NCBI GenBank assembly: GCA_964408995.1
Contig: CAYPBP010000004.1
Coordinates: 16,618-80,617 of the forward strand
Direction of reading: 5' to 3'
Source: an uncultured Gammaproteobacteria bacterium
GTDB lineage: Bacteria; Patescibacteriota; Microgenomatia; UBA12405
DNA: 64,000 bases
Shown here piece by piece: positions 47,743 through 58,032 of this stretch. The position numbers were made by a program, and so were the translations under genes. The stretch's first letter is position 1, and each line of letters begins with the position of its first letter. The notes below the pieces were generated by a model. That model searched no databases, had not been told where the DNA came from, and saw nothing but the letters and a program-made list of their open reading frames with translations.

Positions 47743-48023
47743 TGCGACCTCCTAATTCAATAAATAAAGCTCAGAGCCTTTCTAGTATCTCTGACTTATC
47801 TATCTCATTAGGTATTGCTAGAAACCTACATAAAAACATGGAATTATCTATCTATTATCTTTTGAAATTTCTTATCTATCTCTTATTCTTATCAATCTAT
47901 TTATTGTCGAACTAAACAATTGTACAACTTCTTAAGAAGAAAAGCTAATATGTAAAATCATCAAATTATTTTTTCAAATTAAATTTTGATTAGCAGTTTT
48001 AAAATCTTGATGGCGGTATAATT

Positions 48024-49448
48024 GTGGCAGAAACTATTAATCTAAATAAAATGATTGATAAATATCAAACAAAAAATCAAATTTTAAAAAAAGCAGAAAC
48101 AATTAAAAATAAATCTTTGCGCGAGGTAATTTCTAATGAAGCAATTAAAAATATTGAAAATCAAATCAGCGGATATGGTTTAAAACGTAAGGGTTTTTTA
48201 GGTGATTTAATAGAAAAATATTTTTTTGATATTAATCCAGGAAATATTAGTAAACCAGATTTTAATGTTGCTGGAGTTGAACTAAAAACTACTCCATTAA
48301 AAAGCCACTCACAAAAACAATATGTATCAAAAGAAAGATTAGTTTTTTCAATGATTAACTATGAATCTATTATTGATGAAAAATGGGAATCAAGTTCTTT
48401 CTTAAAGAAGAATAAATCATTATTATTAATGTTTTATTTGTGGATACAAAATCAAAGTATTCTTGAATATAAATTCAAACTTATTCATTTATTAGATTTA
48501 ATTGATGATATTTCTGATGAAGATAAATTTCAAATTCAAAAAGATTGGGAATACATCGTTGCAAAAATTAAAAGAGGTGAAGCCCATTTATTGTCTGAAG
48601 GTGATACATACTATCTTGGAGCTTCTACAAAAGCCACTAATAGCCAAGCAGTACGTAATCAACCATTAAATAATACGCCAGCAAAACCAAGAGCATTTTC
48701 ACTTAAACAGCAGTATATTAATTATCTTATTCAAACAAAATTACTTGGTAACACAATAAATACTGATTCTATATTCAAAAAACAAAGAAGATTAGAAACA
48801 ATTGAAGACGTAATTAAACAAAAATTCTCATTATTTATTGGAAAAACTGATAAAGAAATTTTAACTAGACTAAATTCTAATTTAGGTAAAAAATCAAAAA
48901 GCTATAAGCGATTAATTGTGAATAAAATTCTTGGAGTAAAATCCAATAAGATTGAGGAATTAGATAAAGCAAATGTAACACTTAGAGTTTTGACCTTGGA
49001 ACATACAGGTAATTTAAGAGAATCAATTTCATTTCCTGCTTTTGACTATAAGGATTTAGTGACACAAGTTTGGTATGACGATATAAAAGAAATAATGTCT
49101 GATTTTCATTTACAACTTGAAACTAAAAAATTTTTATTTGTCGTTTTTCAAAAACAAAAAGGAACAAAAAATATAATTTTAAAGAAAATAATATTTTGGA
49201 ATTTTCCAATGAGTGATATTGGTGAAGCTAAAAATGTGTGGCAAAAAACTGTTAATTGTATTAACGAAAATCGTTACAATGATTTACCAAAAACAAAGGA
49301 CAGTAAAATAGCACATGTACGCCCTCATGGAAAAAACTCTAAAGATACAATAGAAACTCCACAACACACACAAGAAATGAAGCGTTGTTTCTGGTTAAAT
49401 GCTAAATATATACAAAATGCCATAAATAACGATGAAAATGAAGCTTGA
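48024..49448 (+). CDS. Sau3AI/MutH-family type II restriction endonuclease
   Basis: KG.LG..IE..FF, PDF..AGVELKTTP, KERL, DW..I..KI..G.AH.LSEG.T.YLGA.TK, HVRPHG, FWLN. Confidence 0.92.
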   Translation: MAETINLNKMIDKYQTKNQILKKAETIKNKSLREVISNEAIKNIENQISGYGLKRKGFLGDLIEKYFFDINPGNISKPDFNVAGVELKTTPLKSHSQKQYVSKERLVFSMINYESIIDEKWESSSFLKKNKSLLLMFYLWIQNQSILEYKFKLIHLLDLIDDISDEDKFQIQKDWEYIVAKIKRGEAHLLSEGDTYYLGASTKATNSQAVRNQPLNNTPAKPRAFSLKQQYINYLIQTKLLGNTINTDSIFKKQRRLETIEDVIKQKFSLFIGKTDKEILTRLNSNLGKKSKSYKRLIVNKILGVKSNKIEELDKANVTLRVLTLEHTGNLRESISFPAFDYKDLVTQVWYDDIKEIMSDFHLQLETKKFLFVVFQKQKGTKNIILKKIIFWNFPMSDIGEAKNVWQKTVNCINENRYNDLPKTKDSKIAHVRPHGKNSKDTIETPQHTQEMKRCFWLNAKYIQNAINNDENEA

Positions 49449-49479
49449 TCAATTTGTTTTTATTTGTTAGAATGGCTTT

Positions 49480-50760
49480 ATGAAAAGAATAAAAGTTGTT
49501 GAATTGTTTGCTGGTGTTGGTGGTTTCCATCTTGGTTTTGAAAGAGCAAATAAAAAACTTCGGTTGAAAAAGAATGAAGGATACGAAATTGTATGGGGAA
49601 ATCAATGGGAACCTTCAACAAAAATACAACATGCTTTTGATGTTTATAAAAATCATTTTGTTAAAGCTATAAATCAATATTCTAATACTGATATACATGA
49701 AGTAGTTGAAAAACATTTTAATAAAATTCCCAAACATAATTTACTTGTTGGTGGATTTCCATGTCAAGATTATTCTGTAGCACGTACATTAACCCAAGCA
49801 AAAGGAATTCAAGGAAAAAAAGGTGTTCTATGGTGGGATATAAAAAACATTTTAGAAAAGTCTGGAGACGATAGTCCAGATTATTTAATGTTAGAAAATG
49901 TGGATAGATTACTTAAATCACCCGTAAAACAAAGAGGTCGTGATTTTGCTATTATGTTGTCTTCTCTGGCAAAACTCGGATACGCTGTTGAGTGGAGAGT
50001 AATTAATGCTGCTGATTATGGAATGCCACAGCGAAGAAGGAGAACTTACATTCTTGGCTATAAAAGAGGAACGGACTTATATTCGAAGTTAAAAGAAAAT
50101 AAAGGAATTAAATGGATTAACGAAAAAGGTGTTTTTGCTAAATCATTTCCAATTATTAATATTAAAAATGAGATAAAACCATTTTTAATAGATAAAGATA
50201 TTTTAAAAATAAATGATAATTTTAATAAGAATTCGAGAAAAACTCCATTTGAAATATCAGGATTAATGATAGACAGAGAAATATACACGACAAAAATAAT
50301 TCCAAATTATAATGGTCAAAAAACAATAATAAAAGATATTCTTGATGATGAAAAAGATGTCCCAAAAGAATTTTATATTGATAAATCTAGTTTACCTATA
50401 TGGAAAAAACTTAAAGGTGCTAAAAATGAAAAAAGGAAAACTAAAGATGGATTTGAATATAATTATAGTGAAGGAGGGATGGTATTTCCAGATAAATTAG
50501 ATGGTCCTTCTAGGACAATAGTTACAGGAGAAGGAGGATCATCCCCTTCTAGGTTTAAACATGTTATTAACATAAATGGAAAAAAAAGAAGATTAACACC
50601 TAACGAACTAGAAGCTTTAAATATGTTTCCAAAAGGTCATACTGCACTAGAGAAATCAGTAGTTAAAAGAGCTTTTTTTATGGGAAATGCACTTGTCGTC
50701 GGGGTGATAACTAGATTAGGAGTAGAACTTTTTAAAGAAATAAATAAAAATAGCGCATAA
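49480..50760 (+). CDS. C5 cytosine DNA methyltransferase (M.Sau3AI-like)
   Basis: ELFAGVGG, NQWEPSTK.QHA, GGFPCQDYS, LENV, PQRRRR, MGNA. Confidence 0.95.
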   Translation: MKRIKVVELFAGVGGFHLGFERANKKLRLKKNEGYEIVWGNQWEPSTKIQHAFDVYKNHFVKAINQYSNTDIHEVVEKHFNKIPKHNLLVGGFPCQDYSVARTLTQAKGIQGKKGVLWWDIKNILEKSGDDSPDYLMLENVDRLLKSPVKQRGRDFAIMLSSLAKLGYAVEWRVINAADYGMPQRRRRTYILGYKRGTDLYSKLKENKGIKWINEKGVFAKSFPIINIKNEIKPFLIDKDILKINDNFNKNSRKTPFEISGLMIDREIYTTKIIPNYNGQKTIIKDILDDEKDVPKEFYIDKSSLPIWKKLKGAKNEKRKTKDGFEYNYSEGGMVFPDKLDGPSRTIVTGEGGSSPSRFKHVININGKKRRLTPNELEALNMFPKGHTALEKSVVKRAFFMGNALVVGVITRLGVELFKEINKNSA

Positions 50761-50843
50761 TGTTTTTATTCCTAATTTTAATGTTGTAGTTAATCTTATA
50801 TTTTCATGATATCCTTTGTTATTAATAATAATGATTCAAATGT

Positions 50844-52106
50844 ATGAATAAACAACAGAGAATAGATGAATTAATAAAAATAAAAAATGATAATAGTTCA
50901 GTGGTAAAATCGGGAATAACTATAAGATATGATGGTGAGTTTAAAACATTTACAACTCATAAAATACCTTTAGAATGTTTAATTTACAATAAGTACAATG
51001 GAAGGATTGGTGCAGCTATTAAATCCTATGAAAAACAATTCAGAGAATTAGATCCAGAAAATAGTAAAGATAAGGATATAATCATTGATTTTCTTTGGAA
51101 ATCAAAAAAAGACAGAAATGAAAAAACTGAAAGAAGCCTTGCCACAGATCATCAAGTTACCTATGGTGTTGTGACAAAAGACGGAATAATTATTGATGGT
51201 AATAGAAGAGCCATGTTATTAAATAAGATTTATAACGAAAGAGACTTATGGCAAAAACAAGGCATTGATGTAGACCACTGTAAATACTTCGAAGCAATAA
51301 TTCTGGATGAAGAATTTGGAGCTAAAGAAATTATGAAGTTGGAGACAACCCTACAAATGGGTCAAGATGAGAAACTTGATTACAACGCCATTGAAAAATA
51401 TCTAAAATGTAAAGACCTGTTGAGTGTCGGATACAGCGAACAAGATATTTCTACAATGATGAGTGAAAGAATTGGTGAAATAAAAAAATACCAATCAAGG
51501 CTTAAAACAATGGAGAGTTATTTGAATTACTGGTCATATGACGGCTTATATACAATGTTAGACAAGCGAGAAGATCAATTCATAACTTTAAATAAATTTT
51601 TATCAACTTATAAAAATGGTAATGGTGCAGCAGATTGGCCATATCAAGACTTTGATGTTAGTGAACTTGAGCAGATAGCTTACAACTATATTCGTGCAGA
51701 ATATGAAGGTAAAGAGTTTAGAAAATTATTTGAGATATTCAAAAAAGGAGATATTTGGAAAAGGTTTAAAGAACGTTATAATAATGCAACTGAAAACTAC
51801 AAAGAACAATTAGTATCTGAAATAAGAGAAAGTACCCCTGATGAGGATATTTCAGAACAGTTAATAGCAAGAGACACAAAATTTAAAGAAACATTAACTA
51901 AAGAATTTGTAGAAAGCATTATTTGGAGTGACGCCCATCTTCGTGAATCAAAAGAAATTGACAAACCATTTGAGCTATTAACTAAATGTATAAACTATTT
52001 AAATAGCATAGATACTAACAGTGATGGTTTTAGTGAGAGTGGAATATATGAAAAAATTGTGGAAATTAACAAAAAATCTTTTGAACTAAAAAAAATGTTT
52101 GACTAG
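50844..52106 (+). CDS. ParB/sulfiredoxin-like domain protein
   Basis: L.YN.YNGRI, Q...GVVT.DG.IIDGNRR, LET..QMG.D.K..Y. Confidence 0.75.
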   Translation: MNKQQRIDELIKIKNDNSSVVKSGITIRYDGEFKTFTTHKIPLECLIYNKYNGRIGAAIKSYEKQFRELDPENSKDKDIIIDFLWKSKKDRNEKTERSLATDHQVTYGVVTKDGIIIDGNRRAMLLNKIYNERDLWQKQGIDVDHCKYFEAIILDEEFGAKEIMKLETTLQMGQDEKLDYNAIEKYLKCKDLLSVGYSEQDISTMMSERIGEIKKYQSRLKTMESYLNYWSYDGLYTMLDKREDQFITLNKFLSTYKNGNGAADWPYQDFDVSELEQIAYNYIRAEYEGKEFRKLFEIFKKGDIWKRFKERYNNATENYKEQLVSEIRESTPDEDISEQLIARDTKFKETLTKEFVESIIWSDAHLRESKEIDKPFELLTKCINYLNSIDTNSDGFSESGIYEKIVEINKKSFELKKMFD

Positions 52107-52111
52107 AATTT

Positions 52112-54073
52112 ATGAACCAAATTTCATTAGATATTGATAAGAATTCAAGTCAACTAATCATTTCTGAAAAAACACCAAATTTTATTCCAAAAGCTAGATT
52201 GTATTTAGAGAATTATTTATCAGCTTCATTAGATAATAATAAATATTTAATACCATACACAGAAACAAATAAATCAATAACTCTTCAAAAAATATCTGAA
52301 TATATTAAGAGGTTTGGATACGAACCAAGATATTCTGAACAATTAGAATGTGAATTTAACCAAATAATAATAGAGGAAAATAATTTCATTAAATTTTCCG
52401 ATAAAGCTGAAAAAATTAGAAACAATAATATTGTAAGTGATGAATTATCAAATTTTATCTCTGTTTTAGAAAGTAAAATGGTTAGAAAGCCATATAAATT
52501 GCAATTATTATCTTCTTTTCATCTTGCATTTTCACAAAATGCATGTAATTTTTCTGTCCCAGGTGCTGGTAAAACAACAGTAGTTTATGGTGCTCTTACA
52601 TACTTGAAATCGTTACCTGACGAGGATAAAAAACATATTGACAAACTATTAGTGATAGGACCTTTAAGTTCTTTTGGTCCATGGGAACAAGAATATGAAA
52701 AATGTTTCAATAGAAAACCAATATCAAAAAGAATTACAAGTAATTTAAGCAAAGGACAAAAAGATGCTATTTTATTTAATCCAGAAAACATAGAATTAAT
52801 CTTAATATCATATCAAGGAGTTATTTCTTCTCAAAAGAATATAAAGTATTTTCTAAAAAATAATAAAGTAATGGTAGTGTTAGACGAAGCACATAAAATC
52901 AAAAATACTAATAGTGGTTTATGGGCAGAGACAATATTGTCATTATCAGAGTTTTGCAAATCTAGAGTTGTTTTAACTGGAACTCCTGTTCCAAACGGAT
53001 ATCAAGATTTATATAACTTATATAAGTTTATTTGGCCTCAAAACAATGTTCTTGGTTTTAATAAATTTCAATTAAAATCACTTACAACCAGTCCAAACCA
53101 GAATATTATTAAAGAATTAATTTTAAGAGCATCACCATTTTTTATTAGAATAACTAAAAAAGATTTAGGCTTACCAAAACCAATAGAGAATAGTCCTATT
53201 TTTTGCAAGATGGGTCAGCAACAGAAAGAAATATACGATTATATAAATGATATATATATGAAATATTTATCTAAACAAAGTTCAAATAATAATTTTTTTG
53301 CTTCGTTACAAAAAGCAAGAATTATTCGTCTCATGCAACTGGCTACCAATCCAAATTTATTAAAAAAACCACTTGATACATTTTATAGAGAACAAGGAAT
53401 CCCTGATAATATTTATATTGACGATACTGAGATAAAAGAAAAAATCTCAAAATATAGTGAGATTCCTGCAAAGTTTATTACTGTCGGTGAAATTATAATT
53501 AATATTTTGAAAAATAGTAGTGAAAAAGTTATAGTTTGGTCAAACTTTATTCAAAATATTAAAGATTTTCAGCAATATTTGCATACTTTGAATATTAATT
53601 CAAAATTATTATATGGAGATATTCCAGTAGATAAAGATGATGATTTACATGATGAAGAAACTAGAGAATCAATTGTTCGAGAGTTTCATAACCCAAATTC
53701 ATCATTTAGAGTAATAATCGCAAACCCATTTGCGGCATCAGAATCGATTTCGTTACACAAAGCTTGTCATAATGCTATTTATATGGATAGAACTTTTAAT
53801 GCAGCTAATTTTATTCAATCGAAAGATCGCATTCATAGAGTAGGTTTAAATGCAGACGATAAAATTAATTATTATTATATAGTTTCAGAGAACACAATAG
53901 ACCTAAGAATTCATGAGAGATTAATTATAAAAGAAAAAAGGATGTTGGAAATTATAGAAAGTCAAGAAATACCATTATTTAAAGAAAACGATTCAGATAC
54001 AGGTACAATAAATGATATAAAAGCAATATTAAACGAATATGAGTATAAATCTAAAGCAAATCATAAATCTTAG
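52112..54073 (+). CDS. SNF2-family helicase/ATPase
   Basis: SVPGAGKT, LDEAH.IKN, LTGTP..N, KVIVWS, ESISL, QS.DRIHR.G. Confidence 0.92.
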   Translation: MNQISLDIDKNSSQLIISEKTPNFIPKARLYLENYLSASLDNNKYLIPYTETNKSITLQKISEYIKRFGYEPRYSEQLECEFNQIIIEENNFIKFSDKAEKIRNNNIVSDELSNFISVLESKMVRKPYKLQLLSSFHLAFSQNACNFSVPGAGKTTVVYGALTYLKSLPDEDKKHIDKLLVIGPLSSFGPWEQEYEKCFNRKPISKRITSNLSKGQKDAILFNPENIELILISYQGVISSQKNIKYFLKNNKVMVVLDEAHKIKNTNSGLWAETILSLSEFCKSRVVLTGTPVPNGYQDLYNLYKFIWPQNNVLGFNKFQLKSLTTSPNQNIIKELILRASPFFIRITKKDLGLPKPIENSPIFCKMGQQQKEIYDYINDIYMKYLSKQSSNNNFFASLQKARIIRLMQLATNPNLLKKPLDTFYREQGIPDNIYIDDTEIKEKISKYSEIPAKFITVGEIIINILKNSSEKVIVWSNFIQNIKDFQQYLHTLNINSKLLYGDIPVDKDDDLHDEETRESIVREFHNPNSSFRVIIANPFAASESISLHKACHNAIYMDRTFNAANFIQSKDRIHRVGLNADDKINYYYIVSENTIDLRIHERLIIKEKRMLEIIESQEIPLFKENDSDTGTINDIKAILNEYEYKSKANHKS

Positions 54074-55055
54074 GTCACTTGGTAATCCAGAATTGACGAA
54101 AAAAATAATCAAAACTGTTTATCATTCAAGTAATCCTTTAAAGTTAAGTGATTTAATAATCATATGCAAATTAAGTGGTTATACATTTATTGATGTGGTT
54201 GAGAATAACATCAATATATTAGACCAATTGGGATTATTAAAAATAAATGGAGAGTTTGTAACGATTGGTAAAATCGAAGTAAAACACAACGAAGTTATTT
54301 ATGGAGATATTATTAAATTATTTTTGGATGAAATAACAAATATGGGGAAGTTGTTCGATATATTTAAACCAGAAGGAATATTTTTTGATAATAAATCTCA
54401 ACTCATAGGAATAAAACAAAATTATTTATCATTGAAACATTCTCAAATTAGAGATTTTTTAATTAATTTTGGTTTTTACTCTTCTAACATTGACAAATAT
54501 GATTATTTTATTGACAAGAAGTATGAAGATTACTTCAAAAACATTGTTAGTCTTTCAAAAAAAAAGGAGATTGCGAAAATTAATAAAAAAAATTTTACAT
54601 TAGAACAGTTAAACAGAATATTAGATATTAGAAATGAAATGGGTATGGAAGGTGAAAAAATTGCACTAGAATTTGAATTACTACGATTAGTTGGACATTC
54701 CTTAATCCAGGATATAAAAATTATTTCCGATATAAGTGTTAATAGAGGATATGACATTGTGTCTTTTGATGGACCAGAATCAAAAGAAATAGATAGATAT
54801 ATAGAAGTAAAGTCGTATAGAAATCAACCTAGATTTTTTTGGAGTGAAAATGAGGTCAGAACAGCTGAAAGATTAAGTGAAAAATACTATATATATTTGG
54901 TTAATTTAAGTGATAATAACCATGGAAATAATATTATTATAATCAAAGACCCATTTAAGCACGTATTTGAATCAGTAAACTGGAAAATATCTACAAGTAC
55001 TTGGGAAGTTAATAAAATTAATAATAAATATATTCAACAAACTAATGAATTTTAA
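54039..55055 (+). CDS. DUF3883-type PD-(D/E)xK nuclease domain protein
   Basis: C-terminal G..GE..A..FE, GYDI.SF, RYIEVKS, FFWS.NE...A......Y..Y. Confidence 0.85.
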   Translation: MSINLKQIINLRSLGNPELTKKIIKTVYHSSNPLKLSDLIIICKLSGYTFIDVVENNINILDQLGLLKINGEFVTIGKIEVKHNEVIYGDIIKLFLDEITNMGKLFDIFKPEGIFFDNKSQLIGIKQNYLSLKHSQIRDFLINFGFYSSNIDKYDYFIDKKYEDYFKNIVSLSKKKEIAKINKKNFTLEQLNRILDIRNEMGMEGEKIALEFELLRLVGHSLIQDIKIISDISVNRGYDIVSFDGPESKEIDRYIEVKSYRNQPRFFWSENEVRTAERLSEKYYIYLVNLSDNNHGNNIIIIKDPFKHVFESVNWKISTSTWEVNKINNKYIQQTNEF

Positions 55056-55092
55056 TAAAACTTTTTTTATCTGAATATCTAAATCAAAAAAA

Positions 55093-56619
55093 ATGAACAT
55101 TACCGCTTCAAAACTTTATAATTACATTCAATGTGAACATCGAATTTGGAGAGATATTTATGGCCCACAAGATGAAAAATCTAAGGATACAAATCCTTTT
55201 GTCCAAATGCTTTGGGATAAAGGTGTAGCTCATGAAGAAAACATTGTTGAAGGTTTAGGTCAGATTCTTAATTTAAAAGATGTCGGTACAGAAGAAGAAA
55301 AAATTCAAAAAACTATTGATGCAATGAAAATGGGTGTACCCCTTATTTACCAAGGAGTACTAAGAAATGGTGACTTGTTAGGTATCCCAGATTTACTACA
55401 AAATAATGGCGATGGAACATATTTACCTATCGATATTAAAAGTGGAATGGGAATAGAAGGTGTTGATGAAGAAAATGATAATGATGGAAAATATAAAAAG
55501 CATTATGCTGTTCAATTAGCACTTTATGTTGAAGTATTAATTGCAAATGGGTTTGCTAAAGAACATAAAGGAATGATTATTGATATTGATTCGGAAAAAG
55601 TAATTTATGACCTTGATCAAGAAATGGGGGCTAGAAATCCAATAACTTGGTGGCAGTATTATCAAGAAATAAAACTAAAGGCTACTAGTTTATTGCTAAA
55701 CGAAACTCAAAACAAACCAGCATATTCTGGTAAATGTAAACTATGTCCTTGGTATAAAAGTTGTAAAGATTGGATAAATAAAAAACATGATCCAAGTGCA
55801 ATTTTCTATGTAGGTCGGGCAATGAGAGATACTTTATTTAAAGATTTAGAAATAGAAAGTTATGAAGATATTATTAATATTGATGTTGAACAAGCACTAG
55901 AAAAAAAGAATAAAGAAAAAGGGTTTTTGTATCGAATTGGCAAAGACAGCTTAGAAAAATGCATTAAAAGAGCAAATGTAACAAATAATATTAAAAAACC
56001 AGTTGTTTATATTACCCCCGTCTTTCCAAAAACTTCTTACGAATTATTTTTTGATATTGAAGATGATCCAACTCAGTCTTTTATTTATTTACATGGTGTA
56101 TATGAAAGATCTCCAAAAGAAGAAAGATATGTTTCGTTTGTAGCTGAAGAAAAAACAGGTGCTTCCGAAAAAGAAGCTTGGCTTAATTTTTGGATTTATA
56201 TTAGATCATTACCTAAAGACGATTTTACTGTTTACTATTATTCTCACCACGAAAAAACAACTTACAAAAAAATGAGTCAAAAATATCCTGGGGTAGTAAG
56301 TGATGAAGAGTTAGAATGGTTTTTTAGTCCTGGAAAAGCGGTTGATTTATATTCTGATGTTATTCTAAAAAATACGGATTGGCCTCTAATGAGTTATTCA
56401 CTGAAAGATATTGCTCAATATTTAGACTTTAGTTGGAGAGACAAATCCCCTTCAGGTGCTATGTCAATCGAATGGTTTAATAAATATTTAGAAACTAAGG
56501 ATAAAAAAGATATGGATAGAATTTTGCTTTATAATGAAGATGATTGTAAAGCCACTATGGTTATTAAAGATTTTTTGATATTTCAAGCGATTAAGGAAAA
56601 TAATTATGAAAACAATTAA
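55093..56619 (+). CDS. TM0106-family RecB-like nuclease with C-terminal RNase H-like domain
   Basis: C..R.W, G..HE, IYQG, G.PDLL, DIK, QLA.Y, C..CPW...C, FFDIEDDP, YSLK.IA, YN.DDC.AT. Confidence 0.88.
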   Translation: MNITASKLYNYIQCEHRIWRDIYGPQDEKSKDTNPFVQMLWDKGVAHEENIVEGLGQILNLKDVGTEEEKIQKTIDAMKMGVPLIYQGVLRNGDLLGIPDLLQNNGDGTYLPIDIKSGMGIEGVDEENDNDGKYKKHYAVQLALYVEVLIANGFAKEHKGMIIDIDSEKVIYDLDQEMGARNPITWWQYYQEIKLKATSLLLNETQNKPAYSGKCKLCPWYKSCKDWINKKHDPSAIFYVGRAMRDTLFKDLEIESYEDIINIDVEQALEKKNKEKGFLYRIGKDSLEKCIKRANVTNNIKKPVVYITPVFPKTSYELFFDIEDDPTQSFIYLHGVYERSPKEERYVSFVAEEKTGASEKEAWLNFWIYIRSLPKDDFTVYYYSHHEKTTYKKMSQKYPGVVSDEELEWFFSPGKAVDLYSDVILKNTDWPLMSYSLKDIAQYLDFSWRDKSPSGAMSIEWFNKYLETKDKKDMDRILLYNEDDCKATMVIKDFLIFQAIKENNYENN

Positions 56620-57859
56620 AGTATCAATACAAGATGTAAACACACTATTACTTCTAGAGGATGGTCAAAAAGGAGACATAATTGATCTTAAGTCTATTCA
56701 TGATACAGATATTGATAAAACAACAATTGATAATCTTATAAAAGAAATCAGGAACGATGAGTTTAATACACAATTAGAGTCGGCAAAACGGAATATTGAA
56801 AAAGAAAAGTCTCTTGAAGCAGAAATCAAAGAGAAGGATATTATAAATAAAGCTAAAGAGGCACTTACAAAGAAAGATCAGGAAATCATAGCTCTCAACA
56901 TAAAAGTCGAAAACATCGCAAAGCAGGTTGAATCGGATGCTAAGATCAAAGCCCTGGAAGAGAAAAAATATTTAGAGGATGAGTATAGACAAAAAATATC
57001 CGAAAAGGATACCGAGGTTCAAGAAATTAAACATCAAAAAGAACTAAGCGATCAAAAATATCAAGATCAACTCAAAGCAAGCGAAACTGCTTTAGTTTCA
57101 CTAAAAGAAATGCGCTCCAGAATGAGCACTAAGATGATTGGTGAATCATTAGAGACTCACTGTGAGAATGAATTTAATAAACTTCGACCACTTGCCTTTC
57201 CTAATGCTAAATTTAATAAAGATAATCAGATATCGGACTCTGGATCTAAAGGTGATTATGTTTATCGAGAGTCAGACGATGATGGCAACGAAATTCTATC
57301 AATTATGTTTGAAATGAAAAATGAAGATAATGCAACTACTACTAAGAAAAAGAATAAGGACTTTTTCAAAGAATTGGACAAAGACCGACGTGAGAAAAAC
57401 TGTGAATATGCGGTTTTGGTTAGCCTTCTTGAAAAAGATAATGAATACTATGACGATATAGTTAATGTCTCTGATTATCCCAACATGTATTCTATCCGAC
57501 CTCAACATTTTATAACTATAATTGGCTTTTTGCGCCAAGGTAATCTAAAATCCCAAGAATTGAGAAAAACTATTTTTATTCTTAAGAATCAAAATATCGA
57601 TGTAACTAATTTTGAGGCTAATATGAATGCATTTAAAGATGCCTTTGATAGAAACTATAATTTAGCTTCAGAACAATTTAGTGACGCTATTAAAGAAATC
57701 GACATTACTATTAAGCACCTTAATAAAGTGAGGGAGAACTTACTTAAATCTGATAACAACCTAAGGCTAGCCAACAGTAAAACATCAGAATTAACAATAA
57801 AAAAATTAACGGCTAATAGTCCGAGTGTTGCCAAGGCATTTGAGGATAATACTAAATAG
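56606..57859 (+). CDS. DUF2130 family protein (coiled coil plus nuclease-like domain)
   Basis: STKMIGESLE.HC..EF, F.KDN, GSKGD, SIMFEMKNE, ELDKDR..K.CEYAVLVS.LE. Confidence 0.88.
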   Translation: MKTIKVSIQDVNTLLLLEDGQKGDIIDLKSIHDTDIDKTTIDNLIKEIRNDEFNTQLESAKRNIEKEKSLEAEIKEKDIINKAKEALTKKDQEIIALNIKVENIAKQVESDAKIKALEEKKYLEDEYRQKISEKDTEVQEIKHQKELSDQKYQDQLKASETALVSLKEMRSRMSTKMIGESLETHCENEFNKLRPLAFPNAKFNKDNQISDSGSKGDYVYRESDDDGNEILSIMFEMKNEDNATTTKKKNKDFFKELDKDRREKNCEYAVLVSLLEKDNEYYDDIVNVSDYPNMYSIRPQHFITIIGFLRQGNLKSQELRKTIFILKNQNIDVTNFEANMNAFKDAFDRNYNLASEQFSDAIKEIDITIKHLNKVRENLLKSDNNLRLANSKTSELTIKKLTANSPSVAKAFEDNTK

Positions 57860-58032
57860 TAAAAGATTACTATAACTGGTCACGATTGTTATTTTTGTAA
57901 TTATAAAAAAGTAACTTAAGAGATTGAATAAGACTTTATTTTAAAATAAATTGAGTAATTTTATTCATAGTAGTAAGATAGGCCAATAGATTAGCTGGTA
58001 GTTTGATCTAATAAATAATTTTGATTAAATAA

